A program made the position numbers and the translations under genes. Positions 63,813 to 64,000 of a DNA stretch of 64,000 bases are shown here, piece by piece; positions within the stretch are counted from its first letter, which is position 1; each line of letters starts with the position of its first letter. The notes under the pieces were generated by a model, which had not been told where the DNA came from, searched no databases, and saw nothing but the letters and a program-made list of their open reading frames with translations. This DNA comes from an uncultured Gammaproteobacteria bacterium. GTDB lineage: Bacteria > Pseudomonadota > Gammaproteobacteria > Burkholderiales > Sulfuricellaceae. Location of the stretch: assembly GCA_963741495.1 (NCBI GenBank), contig CAVUID010000018.1, positions 110,542 to 174,541 of the forward strand. The letters run 5' to 3'.

Positions 63813-64000
63813 ATGCAGGTCTATCAGGTCGGCGGTGCGGTGCGCGACGAACTGCTTGGCCTGCCGGTGCAGGACCGGGATTATGTCGTGGTGGGCGCCA
63901 CCCCAGCGGAAATGGAGAAGCTGGGATTCCGGCCGGTGGGCAAGGATTTTCCGGTTTTTCTTCACCCCCGGACCCATGAGGAATATGCACTAGCCCGTAC
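63813..64000 (+). CDS. cca: CCA-adding tRNA nucleotidyltransferase (5' part, runs off the window)
   Basis: [31 protein letters not shown]...[10 protein letters not shown]. Confidence 0.85.
   Translation, partial: MQVYQVGGAVRDELLGLPVQDRDYVVVGATPAEMEKLGFRPVGKDFPVFLHPRTHEEYALAR

Overview
This 64-kb window looks like a chromosomal segment of a moderately GC-rich proteobacterium. Gene order and the Isp-type hydrogenase suggest a betaproteobacterial chemolithotroph, but I cannot establish the taxon without searches. About 75% is ordinary housekeeping DNA: resB-cytochrome c4, engB, rpe-gph-trpE, ftsEX, ychF, hrcA-hemH-grpE-dnaK-dnaJ, nadK, recN, fur, bamE, dapB, carAB, greA, rlmE-ftsH-folP-glmM, pstSCAB, tilS, accA, lysC, queD, slt and cca.

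The main accessory block (7.8-21.8 kb, minus strand) is a group-1 Isp-type [NiFe] hydrogenase operon (hynS-isp1-isp2-hynL). It sits with hupD/hupH-like genes, a NiCoT nickel transporter and hypABFCDE.

Noteworthy observations, all read directly from the sequence:
1. A family of palindromic elements is built from GTGAARN heptamer arrays. They are wedged exactly between stop and start codons inside essential operons (carA|carB, ftsH|folP, dnaK|dnaJ, hemH|orf). One copy carries a four-helix-bundle (23S-rRNA-IVS-type) gene as cargo, and a solo array lies in frame inside hypF.
2. A 0.94-kb segment bounded by a 23-bp inverted repeat carries yefM-yoeB. It is inserted precisely between hynL and the nickel transporter. 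It shares a 43-nt motif with the flank of a second toxin locus (AbiEii).
3. A 74-codon internally duplicated ORF is ATGA-coupled on both sides between isp1 and isp2.
4. Six frame disruptions are confined to hydrogenase genes (hypD, hypF x3, isp2) and a type IV pilin. All housekeeping genes are intact.
5. Pho-box-like arrays occur upstream of both pstS and an adjacent chemoreceptor gene.

I found no rRNA, tRNA or CRISPR array. All protein calls rest on motif and family recognition by eye. No database search was possible.
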